Notes under the pieces: generated by a model
Databases searched by the model: none
Seen by the model: only the letters and a program-made list of their open reading frames with translations
What the model was told of the DNA's origin: nothing
In this document: positions 1-11,729 of the stretch, one piece after another
How the letters are laid out: every line of letters starts with the position of its first letter
How positions within the stretch are numbered: position 1 is the first letter of the stretch
From: Octopus sinensis
Taxonomy: Eukaryota
Length of the DNA stretch: 64,000 nt
NCBI RefSeq assembly: GCF_006345805.1
Contig: NC_043005.1
Location: 65,968,001-66,032,000, forward strand
Direction of reading: 5' to 3'
Made by a program: the position numbers and the translations under genes

Positions 1-301
1 GTTTACATACTCTTGGTTATATTAGTAAGTGTTATTGTCTGTGCTGTTGGGGTTTTAGGCAAAGAAGGTGACCATCTAACTCAAATTCTGCAAATCCAAT
101 CTGTGTGTAGAACAACGAAAATATGCAACACTTTTCTGAAATTCAAAATGTAACTATTTACTATTATTGCTTTTATCTACATCCCAATTATTAAACTTTA
201 TTTCTTAGAGACTACCCATATAGGAAGAATTCAATGATGATTAACAAAACAAAGGATGCGCTTTATCTCTCTCTCTTTCTCTCTTTCCCTCTCTTGCTAT
301 C

Positions 302-349
<48 letters not shown>

Positions 350-350
<1 letters not shown>

Positions 351-810
351 TGATAGAAATGGTAAGACAACAAAAGAATGAAAGAGACCTCGATATTATG
401 TAAATAGAGGAATTTCTCTGTAAATGTAATATGTGACAATTATTCGGTAGCCATGATAAAACTCCGAGTTTCGGATGTTGGGGTGGAAATCCACGCTGCC
501 ATCTGAACACAAGAAATATTGATAGAAGATTTTATTCAAAGTTTATTCTAAAGGCAAACACAAGCAGTCTAATGTAGTTATGTGGGACATAACCAATAGC
601 CATGTGGAACAGAAAGGAAAATAATATTATTTTTACATGTTTCAGTCATTGGACTGTGGCCATACTGGGGTACTGCCTTGGAGAATTCCTGTTCACAGTT
701 TATAACAAACAAATAACTGAAGAGATGGCGGCATGGATTTCCACCCCGACATCCGAAACTCAGAGTTTTATCATGGCTACTGAATAATTGTCACATATTA
801 CATTTACAGA
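350..810. mobile_element. Fold-back non-autonomous PLE-type terminal repeat with hammerhead-like motif
   Basis: About 431-504 is the reverse complement of about 724-810. Same family as 53113-53385. CTGAAGA at 717-723 and GAAA at 755-758. Confidence 0.65.
712..772 (+). ncRNA. Minimal type I hammerhead-like motif
   Basis: ATAA-CTGAAGA-GATG...CATC-(C)-GAAA-CTC-A-GAG-TT-TTAT: stems I, II and III pair by eye. One extra nucleotide lies before G12. Confidence 0.5.
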
Positions 811-820
811 AATATATATA

Positions 821-2340
821 TTAGGTTGGAACAAAAGTGCATACTGTTTTTTAACTGGTAGCATTTAAACATATGATTTGGTTTCTCACATGACAAGCAC
901 ATGATGTATAGATATTTTCCGAAAGGGGACATTTCAACACATCTTTCTATATGATTACTGTGTGGATAGTTTGTTTCTACTGTTTTTAAGTTAAAAGTGA
1001 AAGTTGATGAAAATGAGATGCATCTTAGCCATTTGGTGCTCTTTTATTTCTGAAAGGGAAAAAAAAACACTGTACAAAAATGGCAAAAACAAATGTGCAG
1101 TTTATGGAGATGGTGGTGCATGGCTCAATGGTTAGAATGTCAGGCTCACAATCATGAGGTAGTGAGTTCGATTCATGCACCGGGTTGTGTGTTGTGTTCT
1201 TGAGCAAGACATTTTATTTCACATTGCTCCAGTTCACTCAGTTGTAGAAATGAGTTGCAACATGGTTTCGGCCTTTGCCTTTCCCTTGGATAACAACAGT
1301 AGCATGGAGATGGGAGGCCGATATGCATGGGTGCCTGGTGGTCTTCCATAAACAACCTTGCCCAGACTTGTACATTGGAGGGTAACTTTCTAGGTGCAAT
1401 CTCATGGTCATTCATGGCCGAAGGGGGTCTTTACCCTTTACCCATTTAAGCTTGTCATAGCTGAGAAGACTGTTCGTAAGTAATTTACTAGGTGAGGTGT
1501 CAAAATTTTGATTTGGAAGATCATGAACATTCCAGCAGGCCTCCTGTCACAAGTGACAACCCAATCAAAATGCTAATAAAAAATAATCCCAGTTACATGA
1601 CTTGAGACATTACAGAAATACTTTACATGTCTCACGAGTGTTATAAAACACTTGAATGTGTGGATCATTATGGTGTTTGGGTACCTCATTATTTAAAAGG
1701 AAAATATTTAATGGATGATATTAATGAACTAGCTTATAATCACTCCAAATACTAGTCAGTATTTGGAGAAGATGATTCTTTGTAACTGATGGGATCAGAA
1801 GGACATGGTGTATTATAAGCTCCTACAATGTCAAACATTGAATTCAGATAATTATTGTTCCCATTTAAGCTAATTAAAGAAGGCAATTGTTTTCCTTCAG
1901 GATAACACTTCATCTCATGTTCTCTTGTAGACTCAGCAGAAATTAGTGCAACTTAGCTTAGATGTTGTATCATACCTACAGTGCTCACCTGACCTTGCAC
2001 CTTTAGTTTATCCTTCATTTCAATCCCTGCAAAATTCCCTAGATGAGAAGACTTTTAGTTCTTTGGAAAATTTAGTTCTTTGTGAAAATCACTTAGATAA
2101 GTTCATGACCCAGAAAGATGCCAAGTTCTGGGCAGATGGGATCAGGAAATTGGCATAAAATTGGCAAAAGGTAGTGGAACAAAATGAGATATAGGTAGTT
2201 GAATAAAGGTATGTACAAATATGATTGATTGATTCTAGTTTCAGCTCATGAGCTGTGGCCATGCTGGGGCACCGCCATTTATCTAAATAATATTTTTGAA
2301 ATTTACTTTAAAATTTATATAAACTTTTGTTCCAACCCTA
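821..2340 (+). mobile_element. Degenerate mariner transposon with both TIRs
   Basis: TIRs ttaggttggaacaaaagt (821-838) and acttttgttccaacccta (2323-2340) with TA on each side. Transposase relic CSPDLAPLVYPSFQSLQNSL...FWADGIRKLA (1946-2158). Confidence 0.85.
1106..1445 (+). mobile_element. tRNA-derived SINE (family C) nested in the mariner
   Basis: A box TGGCTCAATGG (1121) and B box GAGTTCGATTC (1164). Body shared with 39371-39700. Confidence 0.8.
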
Positions 2341-3178
2341 TATGTCTGTCTGCCTGCTTGTATATATGTTATCGGTTGATCATAAGTCAGTAAAAAAAAT
2401 CATAAATCAGAAACTGATATTTTGATATTGTCAAAAAATATATTCTTTGTTATAACATAAAACTGGTCAGTGTTAATAATGGTTTTTCACCAGCCATTGC
2501 ATTTGGCAACATTGATGACTCTTCAAACATTCTGGAACATACATGTAATCATGTGCAACCGGCATCATGCTATGAGAAGGAACTCTTCTTTCTCCACTAG
2601 AAAATGTTATAACTTTTCACCATTTCTTATTTTTTTGTTCTGCTCTTCATCTTAACCAACCAAACTAGGACCATATATTTACCTCCAGCATAAAAGAAGC
2701 TATGCACATCCAATCAGCATCACTGATAAAGACATTATCAGTGATACCAAGTACAACAGCCATCACAAAACTCAGTAATATTATGACCAATCATATGCCA
2801 TAACCAGGAAGATACTATCCAACACACACACACACACACCACACACACACACAAACAAGTATATATTTGTATATCAACATCATCATCATTTAAAAAGATG
2901 TTAAATGCTGATGATGATGAAAATAATGATGATGATGATGGAGTTATATATATATATATATAGTAGTGGGGATCAAAAAGATTTGGACAGTTAAATTTGT
3001 AGCTGTTCCGTGCATATCAGACTAACAGGGTACCTCAAAAGAATACATAAGTATTCCTAACCATTCAGCTGTAAAACCATTTATGTATCAATGAGACAAT
3101 TGCAACATAATGTGTAGTTGTATCATGTAGTAAAGAAATAAAAATGAACAGCTCAAACCATCACTGTACACATTTCAG

Positions 3179-3408
3179 TAGTGTCATCATTTATTCAATG
3201 ATGCTATTACATAACTTCACACTATTGCGTAACTGTAACATTTCCTTAGGCAATATCAGCAAAGTCAGATCAAGCTAAGAAAGTAAATTCACTTAGTGTC
3301 ATCATTTATTCAATGATGCTATTACATAACTTCACACTATTGCGTAACTGTAACATTTCCTTAGGCGATATCAGCAAAGTCAGATCAAGCTAAGATGGTA
3401 AATACATT
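3179..3408. repeat. Tandem duplication, 2 x 115 bp
   Basis: tagtgtcatcatttattcaatgatg... starts at 3179 and 3294, with few mismatches. Confidence 0.95.
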
Positions 3409-3785
3409 TGTAAATATAAGTATAATGAATGCATTCACAATGTAGGCAGATATAAAAGGAGAATCCAAGTGGAGTTCACAACAGCTGTTTCAGCAGCATT
3501 ATATTAATGAATGCTTCAATTACCCCATGACAATAATCTGCCAACATCAAGGGATTTTTAGCAAACACTTACATAGTAGGTAGAGAATTTAAGTTGATCA
3601 GCTTGCTAAGTTCATAGCAAGATAAGTAATTGACTTGTGGACATGTATATGCATGCTTGCACCATACAGCCAGCTAATGACAACTGAATATTGTAAGCTC
3701 AGTACCCAACCTTCTTTGGCATCCTACACATAGAAATACCTATATTCTAATGAATCCTACAACTGCATATATATATATATATTAT

Positions 3786-3885
3786 TTTATATTATATTGA
3801 GGGTACTACTATTCGTAGATACCAACACGCTAAGAGGGACCAGTGTTGGTATCTACGAATAGTAGTACCCTCAATATAATATAAA
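3786..3885. repeat. Perfect 43-bp inverted repeat with 14-nt loop
   Basis: 3786-3828 is the exact reverse complement of 3843-3885 (checked base by base). Confidence 0.95.
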
Positions 3886-3984
3886 TGAATATTTTCAAAG
3901 AGGAAGAATTTACGGATTTTTTCTCTTACGAGGTTTTTCACGCTGACTACTGATAATTTCTTTTAAAGATTTTATCCTCAATTG

Positions 3985-4041
<57 letters not shown>

Positions 4042-4918
4042 GAACATACATATGCATGAATATCATGAGAATATATATGTATTAAAGTAATACTGCATAA
4101 TGGAGAGATATAGCATTGCTTTCAAAATCTTTCAAAACTTTCTCCTAAAAATAAACTTTTGTCTAATAAAAAAACAATATAATATACAAAATATCGAACC
4201 AAAAGCAAGTTGGTCTCAGAATGTAGACTCAACAATAAGCATTGCTTAATACATGAAAAGCCATCAAAATTTAAATATCTGTGGACGGTTTGTTTGATTT
4301 AAACAATCATAATTTCAAAACACATAGACATGAGCATGAGCTATTTGATAAATTCTGTGAGAAAACCAGAGTAATGCTCTTGTAAAGTTTTGAAAAGAAT
4401 TATGTATTTCTTTGACCAATGAAAGATGTGACAATAATATCTCATTTTCTGCTATATTTTATATGTGGTAGGCATTGAAGTGCATTAGTAACTTTATTTT
4501 CTATTTCTACTTCCCATTAGACTACTTACCAAAAATATCCTCGCACTTCAACCAACTATAGTTGTGTGTGTACACTCACACACACATATTTCAAACTAAG
4601 CTTCAAATACACATGTGAAAAAATTCCTCAATCTTTCAATTCTTCTCTCTAAAAGATTTTTAATGTGGTCTTGATCTCATTATTTGACATTGGAAATAAA
4701 ATCTATTTACAAATCTTTTTTTTTTTTTAATCTTCAGATTTTTTCCTATTTCTACTTCCCATTAGAATACTTGGTTTCTTTTTTGCATCACTGATAGTTT
4801 ATGGAATTAAGTTATCTTTCTTTATTTCTTCCCTCACACATCACCAACTACTGTCCCTAAAATTAAATATATTTTAATCTTACTTTAAAGAGAAAAAAAA
4901 CAAATTTTTTTTTTGCAG

Positions 4919-5119
4919 AGCGGTCTTCCCCACAAATGTTTACTTCCCCCCAGACAACCAATGCCCCTGCCCAGAAGGATGAGGATTTGGCTATTGAAAA
5001 TCCACCTCATGATAATGAATTCATCAGTGATTCCTTTGCCAACAGCACGATTGATGATGAAGACTTGCGCAAGGAAATGCAACAGCTTTCCGTCAAAACT
5101 AATGAAGCCAGCAATGCAG
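4919..5119 (+). CDS. SYAP1: Penultimate coding exon of synapse-associated protein 1 (SYAP1/Sap47/BSTA) orthologue
   Basis: Acceptor ttttttttgcAG ends at 4918 and donor G|GTAAAC starts at 5120. Translation RSSPQMFTSPQ...NEFISDSFANSTIDDEDLRKEMQQLSVKTNEASNA resembles the SYAP1 segment EFVSDAF...EDLRKEMEQL (recalled family motif, not a database search). Upstream exons were not found in 1-4918. Confidence 0.85.
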
Positions 5120-6269
5120 GTAAACCATTCTGCGTTTTCTGTCATATCATATACTTGTGGCAGTCTAAAGATTCTGCTGCACTAACTTCCTGGACAGTGA
5201 GCCATTTCCTTACTTCCTTTGAGCATTTTCTTGACTCTTAGATATTTTATAATCTGCCTCTATATTCAATGATCTTTCAAGAAACTTATGGGCTGTCTAC
5301 TCTTGTATTTTTGATTCAGTGCAAATACCAAAATATGGTTATTTGATGTGATTCTTTCAATATTGGGTCAGTCCTATTGAATAGTTTATCTTCAAAGAGT
5401 TTGATGTTATGTTTTGATATCTTTTAGGCTGAACTCTTCAATGTAGCTGTTGATTCTAAAATATATATTTTCTTCCTATTTTTACTAACTTATGTAGTAA
5501 ATAAGAGATAATTAGAAAATTACACACACATACACATGTACATATACAGTGGAGAGAGATTTGTTGAAGTGCTTCTCTTTACATCTTAACAACATTCATA
5601 ATGTAATATTGAAAATTTTAGCTCTTAATTTATACCAAGTGCTGTTACTGTTGTTGTTTTATGTTTGGAATCCACCAGCTTTACCTTTACAATTCAAAGT
5701 TACTAAAATAAATAACAATAATATATTACTATTGCATGCTGAATCTCTTGCACAATTTTAGCCTTGTTTCTAATCCAAAGAAAATATGTATTATCAAAGT
5801 ATGGTTCTTACCATAATTTCCAGTGAGCTGAATCTGTGACTCACTTTCAATTGTTGTTCTGTTGTATCTTTTTCAACTTGTATCACTGACATACTTTAAC
5901 AACTTTGTATGGTTTCTTCTATAAAACTGAAGCCTTAAAACTTAGTAAGTAATATGCTATGCTATCTTACATGTGTACATGAAGATACATGAAAAAAAAC
6001 AAACATTTATAAAAATTAGATTTATGATGTAAAAAAATGGTAAATTTCACACAAAAACTGCAGCATTTATTATCTATTATCTATTTTTTATATATTTTAA
6101 TGAAATAATTTTAGCATATTGAATTAAAATTTATGTTTTTCTTTTAGGAATGAATAAACTAAGATTGAATGATAAATATATATGTTTAATTTTTTTAACA
6201 GTGCAAATTTACAGGAAAGGGAATTAAAATGTGAGGGCTAGGTGGTACTCAAACTCATCTCCTTTGGTA

Positions 6270-6950
6270 TTATCTTAAAATTTGGGCATAACATCAAATA
6301 TAGAGCCAAAACGAAGGCAGACAAAACACAGCAAGTGAATATCATTAGAAAGATTTTGGGTGGCAACAGAGATGTCAGTTAAAGTGACATTTGATATTTA
6401 CATTTTATGTCCTTCCACGTTTGCATAAACACATACATAAAAAGTTGTGTGTGTTTGTGTGTGTGTGTGAGAGAGAGAGAGAGTGAGCATGTGAATGTGT
6501 GTTTGTGTGGATTGATGAACATCTGTGTTTACGTACATACAAGGAAAAAATACTTGATACATTCAGTAGAGTTTGTATATTTTATAAGAAACTGAAGCTT
6601 TTTGATTCTTTGTAAGTTTCTTGTTCCTGATTATTCAAACATATCAAATAATCAATGGAGTAATCAACAGTGGAAAATTCAGAGGACTGATTCAAGAAGA
6701 TTCAGCCTCTATTAATATATGTGCATGTTGTGTATTCATTTTAAGAAATTATACATTCACATTGGGTCTTTATTTTCTTCTGTAGCATAGTTTGTAGGTT
6801 AATTATAGAAAAGTTATTCCCTGAGAATTTGGGCACAACATCAAATGTAGAACCAAAGCCAAGTTAAGCAAAGGACAGCATATGAATGCATTTACTTGAG
6901 AAGTGAGTATCATTAGGAGGTTTTTGGGTGGCAACAGAGCGAGGTAGGGC
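6270..6950. repeat. Pair of diverged direct repeats (about 6270-6375 and 6825-6945), unclassified
   Basis: aatttgggcaYaacatcaaat...tttgggtggcaacagag occurs twice. Confidence 0.6.
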
Positions 6951-7204
6951 CTGTACACAAGGAACAGTGGGGGTAGAGTATAAGTAGCACAAATGGGATG
7001 AAGGTGTACCATAAGAGTGTTTAGAGAAATATTTAGAGATAACAGGTGATGTTGAGAGGAACCAGTGGGGCCTGCAGTAGAGGTGGGAGAGATGGTTGTG
7101 GGTGAGTTTTGCCAGAGGACAGAATTATGTGTGTGTGAGGGGGAAGGGGGTAATGGTCAGATTGTACATGCCTATATGTATGGATGGCCACAATTTTACT
7201 TAGC

Positions 7205-7462
7205 TTGATGTGTCTTCTCAAGTAGAGCAAATCACCAGAAGTCTCAATCCCTTGTCATCTTCTCAGAGAGGCTCAATACCTGAAGATTCTTTTTTCACCA
7301 CTTCATCCCACATTTTCCTGGGCCTACCCCTTCTATCATTTCCCTCCACAACTAGAGACTGCCACTTCTTTATGCAGCTGTCTTCATCCATATGCCTCAC
7401 ATGACCATACCAGTACAATCTTCCCTCTTGCACACAACATCTGATGCCTCTTGTACCTAATT
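7205..7462 (-). mobile_element. RTE-clade LINE 3' fragment
   Basis: IRCCVQEGRLYWYGHVRHMDEDSCIKK...GRPRKMWDEVVK, a typical RTE ORF C-terminus. Confidence 0.8.
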
Positions 7463-7469
7463 TACATCT

Positions 7470-7872
7470 TAAATCATTTACACTTTGTTGCGGGAGAGCT
7501 GCAATGCCGTATGGGACATGGTGTCTGAGGAGGAGAGAGATGGCAATTTGGGGAAGGACCGAGAGAGCAATGGTGAGAGAAATGTGCGGTGTGAAGCTGT
7601 TTGATAAGGGTCGGACTGAAGACTTGATGGGGATGCTGGGGTTGGAGGAATCAGTGGAATGGCTGGCAAGGGCGAATGACATGCGGTGGTATGGGCATGT
7701 GTTGAGGAGGGATGAGGAGCATGTTCCGAGGAGGGTACTTGAGTTTGAGGTAAATGGACTGAGAAAGAGAGGTAGACCAAGGAAAATGTGGAGGAGACAG
7801 GTGAAAAAAGAGAATGGGAAAGTTGGCTTGAGAAGGGAAGAAGCCTAAAACTGGGCAAGATGGTGTGAGTGT
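7470..7872 (+). mobile_element. RTE-clade LINE 3' fragment nested in the opposite-strand RTE
   Basis: ERAMVREMCGVKL...MRWYGHVLRRDEEHVPRRVLEFEVNGLRKRGRPRKMW. Confidence 0.85.
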
Positions 7873-7894
7873 GGTAGCTATGGCATTGAGGCCC

Positions 7895-8645
7895 CCTGTA
7901 GTCACAGTCCATGTTTCACTGTCATGTAGCATAGCTGTTCACACACAGGCATCATACAATCTGCTTTTCATCTTAAGGGAAAGGCCCTTTGTTACAAACA
8001 AAGGTAGCAGCTCTTTGAATTTTGCCTAGTCTATCCTTACTCTAGCAACTATTCTTTCAGAGCTTCCTCCTCTGCTGCTAACTTGGTTGCTTAGGTAACG
8101 GAAACTAAATACTACTTCTAAGGATCTGCCTGGAATCTATTTTCTGTACATTCCTAGTGTTTATTGCACCTGCACATCTACCACACACAAAGACTACCTT
8201 CTCTGTTGACCTTCCTATGATACTACTGCACTTCTTATGTATCCATAGCTTGCAAAGGGTATACCACATGGAGTTTCTCCCAATACTTTTTCTACATATC
8301 GAGCAGGGCCATCTCCCTTAAAGGGTCAGTGATATGTCTGTTTTACTACATAACAAGACTTTGATCTTTGCTAAATTAACTCTAAGGCCCTTAGATACCA
8401 GACCTTGCTTCCATACCTGCAATTTCTTTAATTCTTGTAGTGATTCAGCAATAAGAACAAGGTCATTAGTGTAGAGGAGCTCCCTAGGGCTGCCAATCTT
8501 AAATTCCTCTGTTATGACTTGGCGACTATGATAAACAAGAGAGAGCTGAGAACCGGTCCTTGGTGAACTCCTCCTGTATACCAAATTCCTTGCTATACTC
8601 ATTGCCGACTTTCACCTTACTGACAGCATCCCTGTCATGGTCCAT
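7895..8645 (-). mobile_element. RTE-clade LINE reverse-transcriptase fragment
   Basis: ITEEFKIGSPRELLYTNDLVLIAES...WKQGLVSKGLRVNLAKIKVL (degenerate LYADD). Confidence 0.8.
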
Positions 8646-9505
8646 GGCTAGTTAGCATTTAACATAGGCTAATATAAAATGCTCAAAGGAAACAATAATC
8701 AGTGAATAAAAATTTATTAATATATCAAATACATTTCGTCAAAATCAAAAGTGAAAATGTAATCCTGATAGACAACTACACAACTCCAGTTCAGAAGCGA
8801 CTTACATTGCTAAGTATGTGAGAAGTTGGAACAACTATACAATATCACACATCAAACAATCAACTGTTTGAATAATGTACTGTACTCCTCCTTAACTCAG
8901 AAATTCTTTTAGATAAAGGACATTCTACCAGCTCTAGTTTCAGATTTCACTGTTAGTCTTTTGTATCTTTCTCCTTATAGCTTGCTCTTAAATATTTTGC
9001 TTCTTCCCTCAATTTTGTACACTTCTCTGTCATATTTTTATTTTTCATTGTATATCTTATATGTTATTTTTCCTTCTGTTTTCTTTTATTTTTTAATTCT
9101 TATTCTTACTTATTTTTTGCACACACATATATATGTATATATATGTATGTATATGAGTTGATGTTTATTGTTTCTTACGCATGGTATTTATTTGAGACTT
9201 GTTTAATTTTTATTGTTTTACTTTAATTCTGCTTTTATGCTCAATGAATTTTGATACTATTTATTCATACACCCACCCACACATGTTTGTTTGTATGTAT
9301 TTATGTATATGTTATACGTTTCTATTTTATTTTAGTTTATTTTATTTTATTTGTGTTTTTATTGTTAATGACATATTTTATTTGTGTTTTTATTATTAAT
9401 GACATATTTTTTCTAAATGCTTCTTTTGTTGTTCTTTATTACTTATTTTATCTACTTTAATTTACAAATGTTCTTTTCTTGTGTGTTCAAAAATTCTTTG
9501 GCATA

Positions 9506-9873
9506 GGCGCAGGAGTGGCTGTGTGGTAAGTAACTTGCTTACCAACCACATGGTTCTGGGTTCATTCCCACTGCGTGGCACCTTGGGCAAGTGTCTTCTA
9601 CTATAGCCTTGGGCTGACCAAAGCCTTGTGAGTGGATTTGGTAGGCGGAAACTGAAAGAAACCCGTCGTATATATATATATGTATGTGTGTGTATGTTGC
9701 CCCCCCCCACATCGCTTGACAACCGATGCTGGTGTGTTTACGTCCCCGTGACTTAGCGGTTCAGCAAAAGAAACCGATAGAATAAGTACTAGGAATCTAA
9801 ATTTGCTCAACTAAAGGCGGTGCTCCAGTATGGCCGCAGTCAAATGACTGAAACAAGTAAAAGAGTAAAGAGT
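9506..9873 (+). mobile_element. tRNA-derived SINE (family A)
   Basis: ggagtggctgtgtggtaag...ggttcattcccactgcgtggcaccttgggcaag...cagtcaaatgactgaaacaagtaaaaga. Near-identical copies elsewhere in the window. Confidence 0.85.
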
Positions 9874-10326
9874 ATAGTGTTCACTTGATATGCTTGTTCT
9901 CTGGGTTCAATCGCTTAGAGGATTGTAAACCATTATCACCTCATATATACTGCATACCATAAAGTTAATGATGTCGATAATGGATTGTATTCTTGAGACG
10001 ACACCTGCTTCTGTGTCGTGCATTCTATGAAGAAAGCATGTGATTGCCTGTTTACTGAAACGACTTACCAGTATGGTTGACTAAATGTGTATCTTCTTTC
10101 TATCTCATAATATTTGGATGGTCATTTTGGCAAACAATTGAGTACCTGGTAGTTTGCACCTGACGAACATGTGGGCTTCATTAACTATGAAGTAGTTTTA
10201 ATAACTCATAATATGATTTTTTTTTTATCCACTTAGGAAAAGTACATAGTGTGCAATTGCATTTTTCATTACTCGCTTTTGCAGATACACACACGCACAC
10301 ACACACACACACACACACACGCACGC

Positions 10327-10362
<36 letters not shown>

Positions 10363-10439
10363 TTATACACACATGTAAATATATATAAATATATGTAAAG
10401 GTAAGATCCAAGGATCAAGGTGTAGGAAGTTAGTAAGCT

Positions 10440-11492
10440 TCAAGCAGTCCTTAGAAGTGTATAAAAAACAACTTTCAGGAACAATAAGTGGTTTATTGAC
10501 ATAGAAGGCTGTTAAATTTTCCCCACATCGAAGTTTGATAAGCTGAAAAAAGTTATTTTGTTGTTCACAGTTAGCAACTAGGGTTGCTGTGTATACAAAT
10601 AAAAATCCCTATTTAGGGAATGGAGTAGATAAAATCCAGGCTACATATGTTTCATGAAACCAAATTAATAGTAGGGGAAGGTGTTTAGAAAGCATAATAG
10701 CTAGAATAAAAAAAGGGTGAAGAAAATTCAGGGAGCTTTTACTTCTGTTGGCAACCAAAGCTCTCTCTCTTCAAGTGAAAGGAAGATTGTATGGTGCACG
10801 TATATCAAAAGCAATTTTACAAGGTAGTAAGACGTGGGCTCTGAACGCAGAGGACATGTGAAGGGTAGAGTGGAATGAGGCTAGTATGCTCCACTGGATG
10901 TGTAATGTAAGTGTACATGTGCACACTGAGTATTAATGTGTTGAGAAAAAAGTTAGGCATAAGAGGAATTAGATGCAGTGTTCAAGACAGAAGGCTGCAC
11001 TGGTTTGGTCATATGTTGCTGATGGATGTCAACAGCTCCATAAAGAAGTGCTGATATCTCAAAGGAGACCCAGGAAGACATGGGATAAAGTACTGAAAGA
11101 TGCTCTCATGACACTGAACCTTGTAGAGGGGATGATAAAGGGACCAAGATATCTGACACCTTGCTATACTCAAGAAGACCCATCCTCCACAGCAAAAGAG
11201 TTAATGCCACCCTTCCACCCCTGCCAAAGAGGTTTGGCCTGCAAGAGCCCTGTGCCAGTGCCACATAAAAAGCACTTGTGCAGACACCACATAATAACTC
11301 CCATGTTGATGCCACATAAAAACACCTGGCACACTCTGTAAAGTGGTTGGAATTAGGAAGGGTATCCAGCCATAGAAATCAAGCCAAATCATACTGGAAC
11401 CTGGTGCAGTTCTCTAGCTTGCTAGCTCTGGTCGAACCATCCAGCCCATGCCAACATGGAAAGCAAAGGTTAAATAACGATGATGATGATGA
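10440..11492 (+). mobile_element. 5'-truncated RTE LINE: ORF end, 3'UTR and (GAT)n tail
   Basis: Frameshifted KKFRELL...SLQVKGRLYGA...GIRCSVQDRRLHWFGH...RPRKTWDKVLK, followed by the family-B tail and gatgatgat. Confidence 0.8.
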
Positions 11493-11697
11493 TTTACATG
11501 TGTGTGAGTGTGTGTGTGTGTGCATGCATACATTTGTATACATGTATGTATGGAGGCACAGGTATTGCTGTGTGGTTAAGAAGTTCATTTTATAATAATC
11601 ACATGCTTTTAGCTTCAGTTCAACTGCTTGATACCTTTGACAAATTTCTATTCTTATATACACGCACATATATGTGTGTGTGTATATATATATATAT

Positions 11698-11698
<1 letters not shown>

Positions 11699-11729
<31 letters not shown>

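Noticed and set aside
4503-4772. 25-bp direct repeat tatttctacttcccattag upstream of the SYAP1 exon as alternative acceptors
   Set aside because: Downstream frames do not join the SYAP1 frame without stops; more likely a small local duplication.
1-4918. Additional upstream SYAP1 (BSD-domain) exons
   Set aside because: No FWRNYFYRV-like or other SYAP1-like coding segment was recognised; these exons probably lie upstream of the window.
6803-7012. ORF within the 6.3/6.9-kb repeat pair as a LINE or PLE protein
   Set aside because: No diagnostic motif could be identified with confidence; left as an unclassified repeat.
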